A stretch of 64,000 bases of DNA from Eledone cirrhosa (GCA_964016885.1 OZ024743.1:250294001-250358000), one strand, 5' to 3'; positions 26,188 to 39,869 are shown, numbered from the stretch's first letter. Translations and numbers: made by a program. Notes: generated from the letters alone by a model not told the origin.

Positions 26188-26318
26188 ATTTTGATATTAT
26201 ATATATATATGGGGAGGGTCATATTTGTGTAATATTGCCAGAATTAATAACAGAACACACTCACTGTTTGGTTGGTTTTCGCTTTTCGACACACGATTTC
26301 ATGTCAAAAACCTTGCAA

Positions 26319-26370
<52 letters not shown>

Positions 26371-26538
26371 TTTCATCTATTTCTTGTTATGGTTGTTATC
26401 ATGTTGTTGCTGTGGTTGTTGTGGTTGTTATGGTTGTTGGGGTTGTGATGTTGGTGGTGATGCTTCTTAATGTTGTGATGGTTGATGTTGTTGTGGATGT
26501 TGTTATTGTTATATTACTATTATTATTATTATTATTAA

Positions 26539-26577
<39 letters not shown>

Positions 26578-26971
26578 CAAAAATCAAAATTAAATAATAC
26601 AGCATAATTTCCAAAAGATGTTTTATATTTCACATTAGAATGATGTAATTAGTATATCGTAGGTTGAATACTCACACACATAGATATGCACATACTCACA
26701 GGCACACATATACACACATATACACATTCACACAATCACATGCATGCAAACATACACATACATACACATACATACACATACACATACACATCATACAAAC
26801 ACACACACACACATGCATATATTCCCCCACACACATGCACATATCTACAGACATACAAATGTACATATACACACATAAAACAGACACACACACCTACACA
26901 CAGACATATATAAACACATGCATACATACACATACAAAGGCATATACACGTATATATACATACATCCCTCT

Positions 26972-28575
26972 TCCTTGTGAGGCAATTACAGGAAAAGTAC
27001 CTAGCTAAAAGTAAGCCACTCTACTTGGCATTTTTCGACCTTGAGAAAGCCTTTGACAGAGTTCCACGTGTTGTAATCTGGTGGGCTCTTAAAAAACTAG
27101 GAGTAGATGAATGGCTTGTGAAAGCGGTACAAGCCATGTATAGGGGAGCAGTCAGCAAAGTTAGGATTAGCAATGAGTATAGCGAGGAATTTAGCGTACA
27201 GGTTGGGGTCCACCAGGGCTCTGTTCTTATCCCCCTCCTGTTCATCATAGTCCTGCAGGCAATAACGGAGGAGTTTAAGACCGGATGCCCATGGCAACTC
27301 CTATATGCTGATAACCTCGCACTCATAACTGAATCTATGGTAGAACTAGAGAATAAATTCCAAACTTGGAAGCAGGGACTAGAAAGAAAGGGTCTCAAAG
27401 TCAACATGACAAAGACTAAGGTCCTTGTAAGTAGACGAGAAAACAGAACCCAGATCCCCTCAGGGAAATGGCCTTGCTCAGTATGTAGGAAAGGTGTAGG
27501 TAGGAACTCCATTCTCTGCCCCAAATGCAAACAATGGGTACACAAGAGATGTAGCGGGATCTCAGGAAGCTTAATTAAGAATGTAGGCTTCACATGCAGC
27601 AGCTGTGCTGAGACAGCAAGCAGCAAACAGCCACAGGAAACAAGTACCACCAATCTCTGGGAGGGCTCTATAGAAACAGTAGACAGCTTCTGCTACCTAG
27701 GGGACCGAATTAGCAGCGGAGGTGGGTGTTCAGAAAGTACAATAACTACGGTAAGAACGGGATGGAAGAAGTTTAGGGAACTACTACCACTGCTAGCTGC
27801 AAAAGGCTTCTCCCTCAGAATGAAAGGCAGACTGTATGATGTGTGTATCCGAACAGCAATGTTGCATGGTAGTGAGACCTGGGCGCTGAAGGTGGAAGAC
27901 TTACGTAGATTAGAGAGAAACGAAGCCTGCATGCTCCGATGTATGTGTAACAGTAATATACGTGAACGACAAAGCATAAATGAATTGAGAGAGAGACTGA
28001 GCATAAGAGGAATCAAATACTGTGTGCAGGAGAGGTGGTTGCGCTGGTATGGACATGTGATGCGTATGAAGGATGACACAGCTGCATAAAAAGGTGCAGA
28101 GCACTAGAAGTTGATGGAAACCGCGGAGTGGGGAGACCCAAGATGACCTGGGATGAGGTGATAAAAGCCGACCTTACTCAATTACACCTCTCAAAGGCAA
28201 TGACACACAACCATGACTTCTGGTGTCGCGCAGTAATACAGAGTACCCGACCTCCTATGGGTACAAGCTGAAGCATATAGACAATATGCCCCCACACCCC
28301 CCACCGCAAGGTGGTCGTGGAGGTGCCACGGCAAAAAAGCACCCAGCCCACACTGTAAAGTGGATGTGTAGGCACCACGAAAAAGCACCCAGCACTCACT
28401 GTAAATGAGGTTGGTGTTAGGAAGGGCATCCAGCTGTAGAAATCAAGCCAAATCAGTTCCTGTATGAGCAAGGCATGGTCAGCCGACCAGACACTGCCCA
28501 CAACAGGACAACCCGTCTAACCCATGCTCGCGTGGCAGAACGGACGTAAAACGGTGATGATGATGATGATGATGA
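26972..28575 (+). mobile_element. 5'-truncated RTE LINE (RT + PHD-like finger + C-terminus + 3' UTR + (GAT)n)
   Basis: ORF 26977-28089 has DLEKAFDRVPR, GVHQGSVL, YADN (catalytic YADD altered), [38 protein letters not shown]. There is a frameshift near 28080 relative to the copy at 50067-50516. Confidence 0.95.
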
Positions 28576-28834
28576 TACATACACACAAACACATATGCAC
28601 ACCAACACACAAACGTATACAAGCACATATACTCTCACAAGCACACACATGCATGCACCTACACACACACGTATACAAACAGACACATACACATGCATGC
28701 ATAAATGTATACACTCATACAAACATGCATATCTACACAACTACATACATATACAAGCATACATATATATATATATATATACACATGCATCTGCCTACAC
28801 ACACATCTACACACCTACACACACATACAAACAT

Positions 28835-28887
<53 letters not shown>

Positions 28888-29459
28888 TGCACTCGCCTAC
28901 ACACAAACATATACAAACACACACATACACATGCATACATAAATATACACACATTTGCACAACTACACAGACAGACAAACATACACATATATATACACAC
29001 ACACACATGCATCCATCTACACACAGACATAAACAAACACACACATATATATATATATATAGACATACATACACACACACACCTACTCATAGATATACAC
29101 ACTCATTCTCAATAATCTGCAGTTATGTATTTAAATATCTGTGAGAAAGTTACCATATGCTACATCTTATATACGGTGCATGCATCTTGATTTGTTGTGC
29201 AGTTAGTGCAACAGTAATGCAATGGGATGCAATGCATTGCAATGTGATGCAAAAAATGTAAGCAATTATTTGAATTACATACAAATGAGGTATGCATCGA
29301 TATAATTTCAAATTAGTTTTATTGCACAAGAAAAAAACAATGGAAGAAAATACATGATTTTTCGAAAACATTCATTTAACACTTTTGGAAATTTCATAAT
29401 TACATATCATCATCATCATTATCCTCATCCTCATTATCATAATTATTATCAACAGAAGC

Positions 29460-30220
29460 ATCATTCACCATCCACATCATCATTATCAACATCACCGTCA
29501 TCACCATGACCACCTCAATCCCCAACATCCTCACCAGCATCACCATCACCATCACCATCGTCATCCCCAACACCACCATCAGCACCATCACCATGACCAT
29601 CATCATCTCCAGCATCATCACCAACACTATCACTATCACCATCACCATGACCACCATCATCCCCAACATCACCATCACCATGACCGCCATCATCATCACC
29701 ATGTTCATGACCACCATCATCCCCAACATCATCACCATCACCATCACCATGACCACCGTCATCCCCAACATCACCACCAGCATCATCACCATGACCACCA
29801 TCATCCCCAACATCACCACCAGCATCATCACCATCTCCATGACCACCATCATCATCACCATCTCCATGACCACCATCATCCCCAACATCACCATCACCAT
29901 GACCACCATCATCCCCAACATCACAACCAGCATCATCACCATCACCATCACCACCATCATCATCACCATGACCACCATCATCCCCAACATCATCACCAGC
30001 ACCATCACCATAACCACCATCATCCCCAACATCACTTCCATCACCATCATCATCCCCAACATCATCACCATCACCACCATCATCATCATCCCCACCAAGA
30101 CCATCACCATAACCATAATCATCACCTTCATCACCATTACCACCATCATCACCACCATGACCCCTACTATATCATCACCATCACCCAGCATCATCATCAC
30201 AATGACCATCATCCTCAATG
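29460..30220. repeat. (CAT/CAC) triplet-based minisatellite with the unit ATGACCACCATCATCCCCAACATCACC
   Basis: The CCCCAACATC anchor recurs about ten times. Confidence 0.9.
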
Positions 30221-30838
30221 CCAAACATTGCTGTGTTCTGCTCTACTGAGCAATGTGTGTCCAAGATCTTATCACATGTGAGTCATAAACCCTAAGCAAA
30301 TAAAGTGGACACATTTAATTGACTGATGAATTGGGGTGTGTGTGCATGAGCATGTGTGTGTGTGCGTGTGTGTCAGAGATGGGGAGAAGGAGAGAGAGTG
30401 TGAGTGTGTGTGTATGCAAGAGAGCAAGGGAAAAAGAGAGAGAGAGAGAAAGAAAGTGTGTCTTTATATGAATGAGTGTATGTGTAAGTATGAGTGTGTG
30501 TGTGTGTGAGGGTGTGTATAAGTGTTTGTGTGTGTGTGTATATGGGTGAGTGTGTGTCAGAGAAAGTGTGTGTATGAGTGTGAGTGTGTGTATGAATGTG
30601 CGTGTGTGTATGAGAGTATGTGTGAGACACTGTGTGTATGAGTAATGTGTGTGTACATGTATGAAGGTATATGTTTGTATGAGTGTGTGTGGGGGTAAAT
30701 GTGTCCCCTAGTATTGATATGATGTCATGCACTGGCAAAGGATAATAAATAAAAAAAAAACAAATATCCCATTCCCTGTTTAGATCCCATAAACTTAAAA
30801 TTGATACACTAAGGCTGTACATATGATGGGGTTAACTA

Positions 30839-32789
30839 TTAACTCTTTCATTACCATATTTCTAATGAAAACCAGAGTCTTCCATTTACAGACATTGTGA
30901 AAAATAATTAAGAATTTGAAAGGACAAAATAACTTTCTTATTAAAGAATATGAAATGATATAACTAACTTTCTCATTACTAAGTTAGTGTTTGGAACTTA
31001 ACAAAGGTTCTTACATAAAATCATGATGGAAGATTTTTAGATAAATATAAACATTTTAACCTATTCATTAACATATTTCTAATGGAAGACATTGTATATA
31101 TATAAATATACTTTAGGTAATTTGTTTAGTGACAATAACCCCACACACCTTAGTATTTTCTATCACTTATATGGTTTACTTTAGATTGGTTTCAACCATA
31201 ACAGAAATTATTAGTAAGTGCCATCTGCTTAAACTGAATACTCATAGCCTTTAACCCTTTTGTTTCCATATTTCTAATGTAAGATACTGCTAATGGTTTT
31301 CAAATCATTTTGAAAATAAGCAAATTTCTCGTTATTAAGCTGGTGTTTGGAACATAATTTAACAAAGGTTATATACAATCATCATCGTTTAACGTCCATC
31401 TTATACGCTAGCATGGGTTGGACGGATTTGTCCCACTTGAGGCAAGATTGGTCGGATGACCATGTCTCACTCATACAGAACTCTTTCTGGCAGGTTTATT
31501 CTACGGCTGGATGCCCTTCCTAACACCAACTACATTGACAGTGTGGACTGGGAGCCTTTTACCGTGTCTCCTACGCGACCACTTTACAGTGTGGTCTGGG
31601 TGCTTTTTATCGTGTCACCTACACGACCACTTTACCATGGACAGAAGTGGGAGGATGGAGTAGGGTGTGGGGTGGGGGTGTATATTGGGTTAAGAGGTGC
31701 ATACTGACTGTAGGTTTAAGTTCGTATGTAAGGGAAGGTGGCTTTTCTGAATAACTGCATAGCAGCAAAGATCTCGATCCAATGACATTGTCTTAGAGAG
31801 GTGTAAATGAGCAAGGTCAGTTTTTATCATCTCATCCCAGGTTTTTCTCTATCTACCCAGTCCATAGCTTCCATCAACTTTGATCGCTCTGTACTTATAT
31901 ATATATATATATATAAACATTTTAACCATTTTTGCACCATATTTCTAATGAAAAACAGTTTAAGATTTTCAGATCGTTTTGAAAATATTCAAGAAATTGA
32001 GACAATGTAGTAAAATAACTTTTTCATTATTTAACTGGTTTTTAGAACCTAATTTAAAAGTCTTACATAAAATTATGATGGAAGGTTTTTAGAGAAATAT
32101 GAACAATTTAGATGTTTTGTTATCATATATATAATTGTTTCTACTTTTGGCACAAGGCCAGCAATTACTGGTGCTTTATTTTATCGACCCCATAAGGATG
32201 AAAGGCAAAGTTAACCTCGGCAGGATTAATAAAATACTTAATGATATGATTATTAAGCTGTGGATTGGCAGTATCGAGCGTCAGACACCATGCTTTCCAG
32301 CATAGAGTTACGGCCCTTTGCGGTCTGAGTTCAAATCCTGCCAAGTTTTGCTTTGTCTTTTGCTTTGTCGATAAGATAAAGTACCAGTAATGCACTGGTG
32401 TTGATTTAACTGACTTTCCCATTTCCCCAAAATTGCTGACCTTGTGCCTATAGTGGAAATCATTATTAAGCTGTTGTTTCGAATACAACAAAGGTTCTTA
32501 CATAAAATTGTGTTTTAGATAAATATAAACAATTTAACACTTGTATTGCCATTTTCTAATGAAATATACTTACCAATAATTTACAAATATTTTGAAAATA
32601 ATCAAACATTTAGAAGGATTTAGTAATATAACTTAACGAACTCATTGTTAAACTGGCATGTGGAACATAACTTTACAAAGGTTCTAAATAAAGTTATGAT
32701 TGAATGTTTTTTGATAGTATAAATATAAACATTTTAAAATAAACAGTTTATTGGGAAAGTTTCTAGCAGGTTGATTTGAAAGGGGTTAA
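30839..32789 (+). mobile_element. TTAA-bounded AT-rich element (piggyBac-like ends) with a tandemly amplified ~200-bp unit and nested RTE-tail and SINE insertions
   Basis: Units start TTAAC(C/T)(C/A)TT...CCATATTTCTAATGAAA at about 30839, 31056, 31251, 31922 and 32534. The right end is GAAAGGGGTTAA at 32778-32789. An RTE tail (31380-31850, minus) and family C SINEs (32133-32466) are inserted. Confidence 0.6.
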
Positions 32790-33552
32790 TGAGTCTCCTA
32801 ATCAATTTGGTTGGTAATTTTTACACCCTATGACCCATGTCCTGTTTATAGTCAATAGAAATATTCCTTCATTTATGTTGCCCTTTCACAAGAACTTTAA
32901 TTTAATTACGGTTTCAAGTTTAATGTTCCTGATGATGATAGTAGTGTTTTTGTCGACTGGATAGCGATTCCATTAATAGAAAATAACATAGCAACAGCAT
33001 GTGGCTTATGCAACAGAGTTCATCTGATCAAATCTTTTAATGTTCTAAAGCTGTTGATAATTTGACATAAAATTAAATTAATTATTGTTTCTTTCTAATA
33101 AATTAATGGTGTACATTGGTCCTTGAATGAATGTTATTTAATGATTCGTAACAATCTTCTACTTAATTTAGTTAGTACTTTTGTACACCCAATGGCCCAT
33201 GTCTTGTTATAATCAATAATAATATTCTTGCACTTTCTGTTGACGTTTAACAAGAATTTTAATTTCGGTTTCAAGGTTAGATATTAAAATTCTTTCATAA
33301 AGCTTAACTCTTTTCATTACCTTGTTTCTATGGAATGACACTGCCTATAATTTTAAAAGCATTTAGAAGATATTAATTTGGGTGTGTGGGGTATTTAGTA
33401 TTATACATTAAGCATAGTAAGATGGTAGTTCATATAATGTTTGCTATATTTGGTAATAGGGTTGATTAGTTGTAAAAATCTTGGTGATTCTGAAAATTAA
33501 GACGTTTTTATTATTAAAGATGAGAATGGTTTTATTATTAGAGATGTGAAAA

Positions 33553-34695
33553 GGACGGTGGATTGGAAGATACGATAGAGTGTCGAATACCATGCTTTGC
33601 AGCAGAGAGTTACAGCCCTTTACGTTCTGAGTTTGAATCTTCCTGAGCTTAGCTTTTCCTTTCATCCTTACGGGGCCGATAAAATAAAGCACCAGTAATG
33701 CACTGGCGTTGATTTAACTGACTTTCCCCCTCCCCCAAAATTGCTGGCCTTGTGCCTGATGTAGAAACAATTATTAAAGATGTGAATGGGGTAGTGAATC
33801 GGCAGCATCAGTAGAGCATCAGACAACATGATTTGTGGCATATAGTTACATCCCTTTACTTCTGAGTTCAAATCCTGCTGAGGCTAGCTTTGCAGCATAG
33901 AGTTACGGCCCTTCACATTCTGATTTTGAATCTCGCTGAGGTTAGCTTTGCCCTTCAGCCTTGCAGAGTCAATACAATAAAGTACCAATAACACACTGGG
34001 GTTGACTTTGCCTTTCATCCTTATGGGGTCGATAAAATAAAGTACCAGTAATGCACTGGGTAATTGCTGGCCTTGTGCCTAAAGTAGAAACAATTATTAG
34101 AGATGTGAATGTTTTATCATTAAAGATGTGAATATGTTAGTGGATTGGCAGCACCGGTAGAGCATCAGAAAATATGATTTGTGGCATATAGTTACATCCC
34201 TTTACATTCTGAATTCAAATCATGCTTTGCATTTCATCCTTCTGGGGGTCGATAAAATAAAATAAAAAACCAGTAATGCATTAAATCAGAAAGCATTATT
34301 AAAGGGCGGTGGATTGGCAGTATCGGTAGAGGGTCAGATGACATGCTTTGCAGCAAAGAGTTACGGCCCTTTATGGTCTGAGTTCAAATCCCGCTACGGT
34401 TAACTTTGCCTTTCATCCTTACGGGGTCGATAAAATAAAGTACCAGTAATACACTGGTATAATTGCTGGCCTTGTGCCAAAAGTAGAAACAATTATTAAA
34501 GGGCGGTGGATTGGCAGTATCAGTAAAAGGTCGGACGCCATGCTTTGCAGCATAGAGTTACGGCCCTTTATGATCTGAGTTCAAATCCCGCCAAGGTTAA
34601 CTTTGCCTTTCATCCTTACGGGGTCGATAAAATGAAGTACTAGTTATGCACTGGAATAATTGCTGGCTTTGTGTCAAAAGTAGAAACAATTATTA
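33553..34695 (+). mobile_element. Head-to-tail array of about six family C SINE units
   Basis: Repeating GGCGGTGGATTGGCAGTATC...GAGTTCAAATCC...GCCTTTCATCCTTACGGGGTCGATAAAAT...AGAAACAATTATT. The last two units (34303-34497, 34501-34694) are directly abutted. Confidence 0.9.
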
Positions 34696-35929
34696 AAGAT
34701 CTGAAAATTTGGAAAAATAGAATTCCTTATGACCCCTACCCCTCAGCCTCTCAATCAAAATCATTCATTAATCCTTCTGTTAACAACCAGGCAAAAACAA
34801 GTTCTGGCTCTATCAAACAAAATCACTCATTTTAAAGGATTCCTAGTTAAATTAACATCTTCTAAAAAGCCATATGTTTAGTTACTATCTTAGAAATAAA
34901 ATAATCTATAGTTTTAGTAAATCCTATTAAAATGCTTCATTAATTAATTGAAATAGAGTTTATTTCATTAGAAAGATAGCCATGTATGAGTTAACAAATC
35001 AATATTGGTTTTTGATTTAGGCACAAGGCCAACAATTTTGGGAGAGGGGAAAGTTGATTAAATCAAACCCAGTGCATTACGGGTACTTTATTTTATCGAC
35101 TCTGTGAGGATGAAAGGCAAAGCTAACATTGGCAGGATTCAAACTCAAATCGTAAGGAGCCATAACTCTATGCCATAAAGCATGTTGTTCGATGCTCCAC
35201 TGATACTGCCAATCGACGGCTTTTAACAAATCAATATTGCAGGAAAATGCATGTTTAGAATTTTCCATCTGACAAGTTTCCAAACATGTTAGAATTATCT
35301 GACAGGTTTTCTGTCCTATACAAATCATCATTATCATCATCACCGTTTAACATCCATTTTCCATGCTTGCAGGCTGTCCAATAACATGAGACATGTCAGA
35401 CCAGATTGGCTACGCCAAACCTTGCTCAGATGGAACTGAAAAATTTGGCTGGAATTTTTACAGCTGGATACTTTTCCTAACACCAACCACATTTACAAAT
35501 ATAGAAACAAGAAAATGGTACCTTTACAGAATGGAGACAATGTAGTGTGGAGAGGACTCATTTGCCAAAGACGGTAAGGCAGTATCTGTAGTGCTAGTGC
35601 CATGATGCAGTGCAACTAGTGCATTCTGTAAAGTTGTTGACAATCGAATCAGTGGCAATGTAGCGTAGAGAGAGCTCATTAGTTATGTCAAAGACACGAC
35701 AATCTTTGTAGTGCTGGTGCCATGATAAAATGCACCCAGTACAATTTGTTAAGTGGTTGGTATTAAGAGTTGCATCCAGCCATAGAAAGCTTGCAAAAAA
35801 TTAAAATGTATGTAAGAAATATTGTCCTTTGACATATGTAGGAGGGCAGTAATTCGAAACAAGAAATTAGTCAGACTTTAAAAACCCACCTAACCCATAA
35901 ATATCAGACGTAAATTGATTGTTATTATT

Positions 35930-36278
35930 ATCAGGGTGCTGGCAGTATCGGTAGAGGGTCGGACGCCATGCTTTGATGCATGGAGTTATGGCCATTTCCA
36001 TTCTGAGTTCAAATCCCACTGAGGGTAACTTTGCCTTTCATCCTTACGGGGTTGATAAAATGAAGTATCAGTAATGCACTGGGTAATTGCTGGCCTTGTG
36101 CCAAAAGTAGAAACAATTATTATCAGAGTGGTGGATTGGCTATATCGGTGGAGGATCGGACGCCATGCTTTGAAGCATAGAGTTACGTCCCTTTATGGTC
36201 TGAGTTCAAATCCTGCTGAGGTTAATTTTTCACTGGGATAATTGCTGGCCTTGTGCCAAAAGTAGAAACAATTATTAT
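35930..36278 (+). mobile_element. Family C SINE dimer; further dimers at 40844-41295 and 56795-57181
   Basis: Two abutted units, each ending AGAAACAATTATT. Confidence 0.85.
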
Positions 36279-36299
36279 TATCACTATTATAACTTTCGG

Positions 36300-37101
36300 G
36301 TCAGATCCTACGGACAACTTCCAGAAATCCCTGGCCTTTCAGTGCTACTGAGGAGCTTTGCCAGTTCATGATAAATTCTACAGGCATGGAAGTGCCATCA
36401 GCTGGACCTTTCCAAGACATGCACAGGACAACAAAACCATCCTGCAAGCACTCATCCTGCACGCACTTGTCCAGTGTCCGAGCATTGCTGACTTGTGGAT
36501 TTAAGTCGGACACCTGCTGTTGCATGTAGGACGGGTCTGGCTATCAGCTGAGTCCATTGTGCAGATTACTCCACTGCCTTCCTTTAGCTGGGAAAGACAG
36601 GCAGTTTTTATCTGCCTGGTGGCCATGGCGAAAGATGTTGTGTGGTGGACGCATTTGAAAGAGCTGAAGATGAGCACTTACCTTTTTGGTGATACCCTGA
36701 TTAACTTTTTCAATTTCATTTGAAAAGGAAAATCAGGGTGCAGATGGTAATGCTTCCTTCCCAGCAATTTTTTTGAAAGATGCGTGAGAGAGGCAACCAT
36801 GGCCCAAGTGAACAGACCTGCTCTGAATATGCATCTGTAGATTGGAGGTGGAAAATTGGGAGAAGGCACTTGCCCTGGTGGGCAGCATTACCATGGCTTT
36901 TTTTAATAGGCTTTCTCCATGAATGACCCCCGGAAGTCCCCCTCTATTGGGGAATTTTCCTTTGTTTCATTTTTTTTTTGTTATTTTCTTTCTTATTGTT
37001 TTTTCTTTACACGCAGAAATACCCATTTGTACTGTCCTGTACCATCCTGTGCTGTCCTTAATATTATACTTTATGTGAGCCCTTGTGGTTAATAAAGAAA
37101 G
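36300..37101 (+). mobile_element. L1/Tx1-like LINE 3' fragment (C-terminal cysteine-rich region and 3' UTR)
   Basis: Residual FQKSLAFQCY*GALPVHDK, HALVQCPSIADLW, FICLVAMAKDVVWW, HLKRKIR, ending CCCTTGTGGTTAATAAAGAAA. Confidence 0.65.
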
Positions 37102-37111
37102 CATTATCATA

Positions 37112-37143
<32 letters not shown>

Positions 37144-38791
37144 ACTTCAAGCCCCATATATTATAAAGAACCTCCTTTTCAAAAGTATTTTGAGATGTAG
37201 AAATAGAGAAAGAATTGATTGAAAATAAATCATCAAATATAATATTTACGAAAATATAAAACATTTGAAAATGGTTTGTAAAGTTTAAATATTGCTAAAA
37301 TAAATTTGAATGTTATAGAGTTTTAGAATAAATATTCTGTAGTAAATATAATCAGAAAACAGATTTATGTAATTGAAACTGACTGACATAAATTCAAATT
37401 ATTTTGCAAAGAAATTACATTTGAGATAATAAATAGATAACACGAGGGAAAAAAATTATATCAACATTTCTTGTCTTGTTCTATCATTATAAATATGTCA
37501 AGGGGTGGTTGATGGGCAGAATCATAAGAGTGTCTGACAAAATGCTTTGCAGCATTTAGTTATGGCCATTTACTTTCAGCTTTCAAATTCTGCCAACATC
37601 AACTTTGCATTTCATCTTTCTGGAGTTGACAAAATAAAGTACCAGTTATATACAAGGTTTGATCTAATCGACTTTAATATTTCTGCAGTGTTTTCAACTA
37701 TTTAAAATTAGCCAATTTCATAGTTCAGGCGATGGAGCATTCGAGAGGGACGTGGTCATCTGACCTGTCTAGGATAGCAGAAACCCTGGATAAGAACTAC
37801 CCGGGATAATAACAATCCGTCCAACCCATGCTTGCACGAAAATCAGATGTAAAATCATGATGATGGTTATTATCAGTCTGTGAAAAAAACAAAACAACAA
37901 AAAAAAACGTTCTTGAGTAAAGGACTTCACTTTTGTCAAATAAAAGTATATATAAATTTTACAAAAATTTAGTCAAAATTAATTTTGAAAAGAAACTTTT
38001 TACTTAAAAAAAAAACAACCAACCAAAAGACAACAAGCTAAAAAGTAAAAAACAACAACAAAGAGAACTTGCTGATAATCCTGAGTGGTGTTGTTTATTG
38101 ACATGGTCAGTTAATAGGATTAACAATATTAGTTGATTATACAGTGAGGAAGGGTTGATGAAAAAATAACGAGTAATAACTCATCATCTAACTCATCATG
38201 TTGATCCTCATTGCTGTCTTTTGCTATTGCAATTATCATCTTTACACCCTCTACTGCCAACTTCCAAACACTAATTAAATGATTTCAAATCTTGTGATTG
38301 CTATGAATTACCTTTAAGGAAAAACACTGAAAATATCTTGAATATTTTTGAAGCAAAAGATAATCAGATAATTATAACGAGAAAGAAAAAAATAAAACCT
38401 CTAAACACACAAAAGGAATTATTTTTTTAAAAAAGGTTACTGGAGCACAATGGCTTCTTATTCTTACCTTTTTTATTTTCTATAAATTTTAGTTTTCTTG
38501 GCAGAATTTTAAATAGATTATATTTAATGAGTTGAGTTAATTTGAAAACAGTTTTCTTTTTTTTATTTTTTAACTCCCAGACAAGGACTGATTAACTGTT
38601 TCTGGCCAAATGGAATTTTTACAAAATGGTCGCTGGCCAAACCATAAATGAGTTGCAACTTAGGTAAATAGATAGAGAGCTAGATAGATGGGCAAAAACA
38701 TTCACACAGACAAAAATAAACTCTTATAAGGAACAGGGCAAAAACATATATATATATCATCATTATCATATATTCACACACACACACATTG

Positions 38792-38826
<35 letters not shown>

Positions 38827-39869
38827 AATATATATACAGAGAGAGAGAGACATGTACATATTTATATCCATACATATAGATTCACATGCATACAAACATG
38901 CACATATACACAAAATGCTGCACACTAAAGGCATTTGTATATAGTGTTACATGCCAGTGTGTGAAAAGTGCTGATGTCAAGGGAATATTATTATTATTAT
39001 TATAATCGTTATCATTAATGTTTGCAGCTATCTGCCATAGAAATATCTACACCAAACTGGCACAGATTCAATATTAAACTGTGATATACAACAATTACAG
39101 TTCCTTCCATTTCATAGTTTTGCCAAGTAGGTGAAGAAGGTTTTTTTTTAAAATATATATTTTGGTGTTACATTCCTTTTATTCTATATTGCAAACAAAG
39201 GAAAGAGGTCAGTCCACCAGATTGTATGGCTAGACAGAAGAAAAGGCGTTTCCATTGGTCTTTCCATCACTGATATTATTTGTTGGTCATGGAACGTTTG
39301 GCAGAAATGTCACTAATTGTGTGTGCATATATATATATATTTCCACACTGTAAATGTAGTTAGTCTTAGGAAGGGCATCCAGCTGTAAAAGTCCTGGCTA
39401 AATTTACAGTCTTGTCGGAGCAAGGTATGGCATGGCTAATTCTGGCCAGACTTGTCTTTAGATGTGGACGACCTGCAAGCAAGGAAAATGGACATGAAAT
39501 GGTGATGTTGATGATAATAATATATATATATATCGACAATCGATTGACTTTCATCAAATTGGACCAAAGAAACAATGTTTCCATTGGTCTTTCCAATTGC
39601 TAATACTATCTATTGGTCACAACTCCAGGTAGAAGGAGTAATGTGAAATAAAGTGTCTTGCTCAAGGACATAACGTATCACCCGGTCTGGGGGGTCTAAT
39701 GCACAACCTCATGATTGCGAATCCAATTCTCTAACACGCGCCTTCACAATATGTGTGTGTGTTTATATATATATATATTAAATCATGAACCCAATGTCAT
39801 GTTTACGAATGATTCAGGAACTTGGCTTACTGCTTTTGTTAGCAAACCGCCTGAAACTATTCTTTGATA

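Noticed and set aside
27021-28079. Antisense ORFs over RTE copies (also 50197-51336, 62083-63978 and 514-827)
   Set aside because: They are shadow frames of the LINE coding strand.
29400-30249. 274-aa Met/Val-rich and 247-aa Thr/Ile-rich ORFs that look mucin-like or membrane-like
   Set aside because: A triplet-based minisatellite open on both strands, with no splice or signal context.
33553-34695. CRISPR-like repeat-spacer array
   Set aside because: The units are ~190-bp SINE copies with no unique spacers, the context is eukaryotic, and there are no cas genes.
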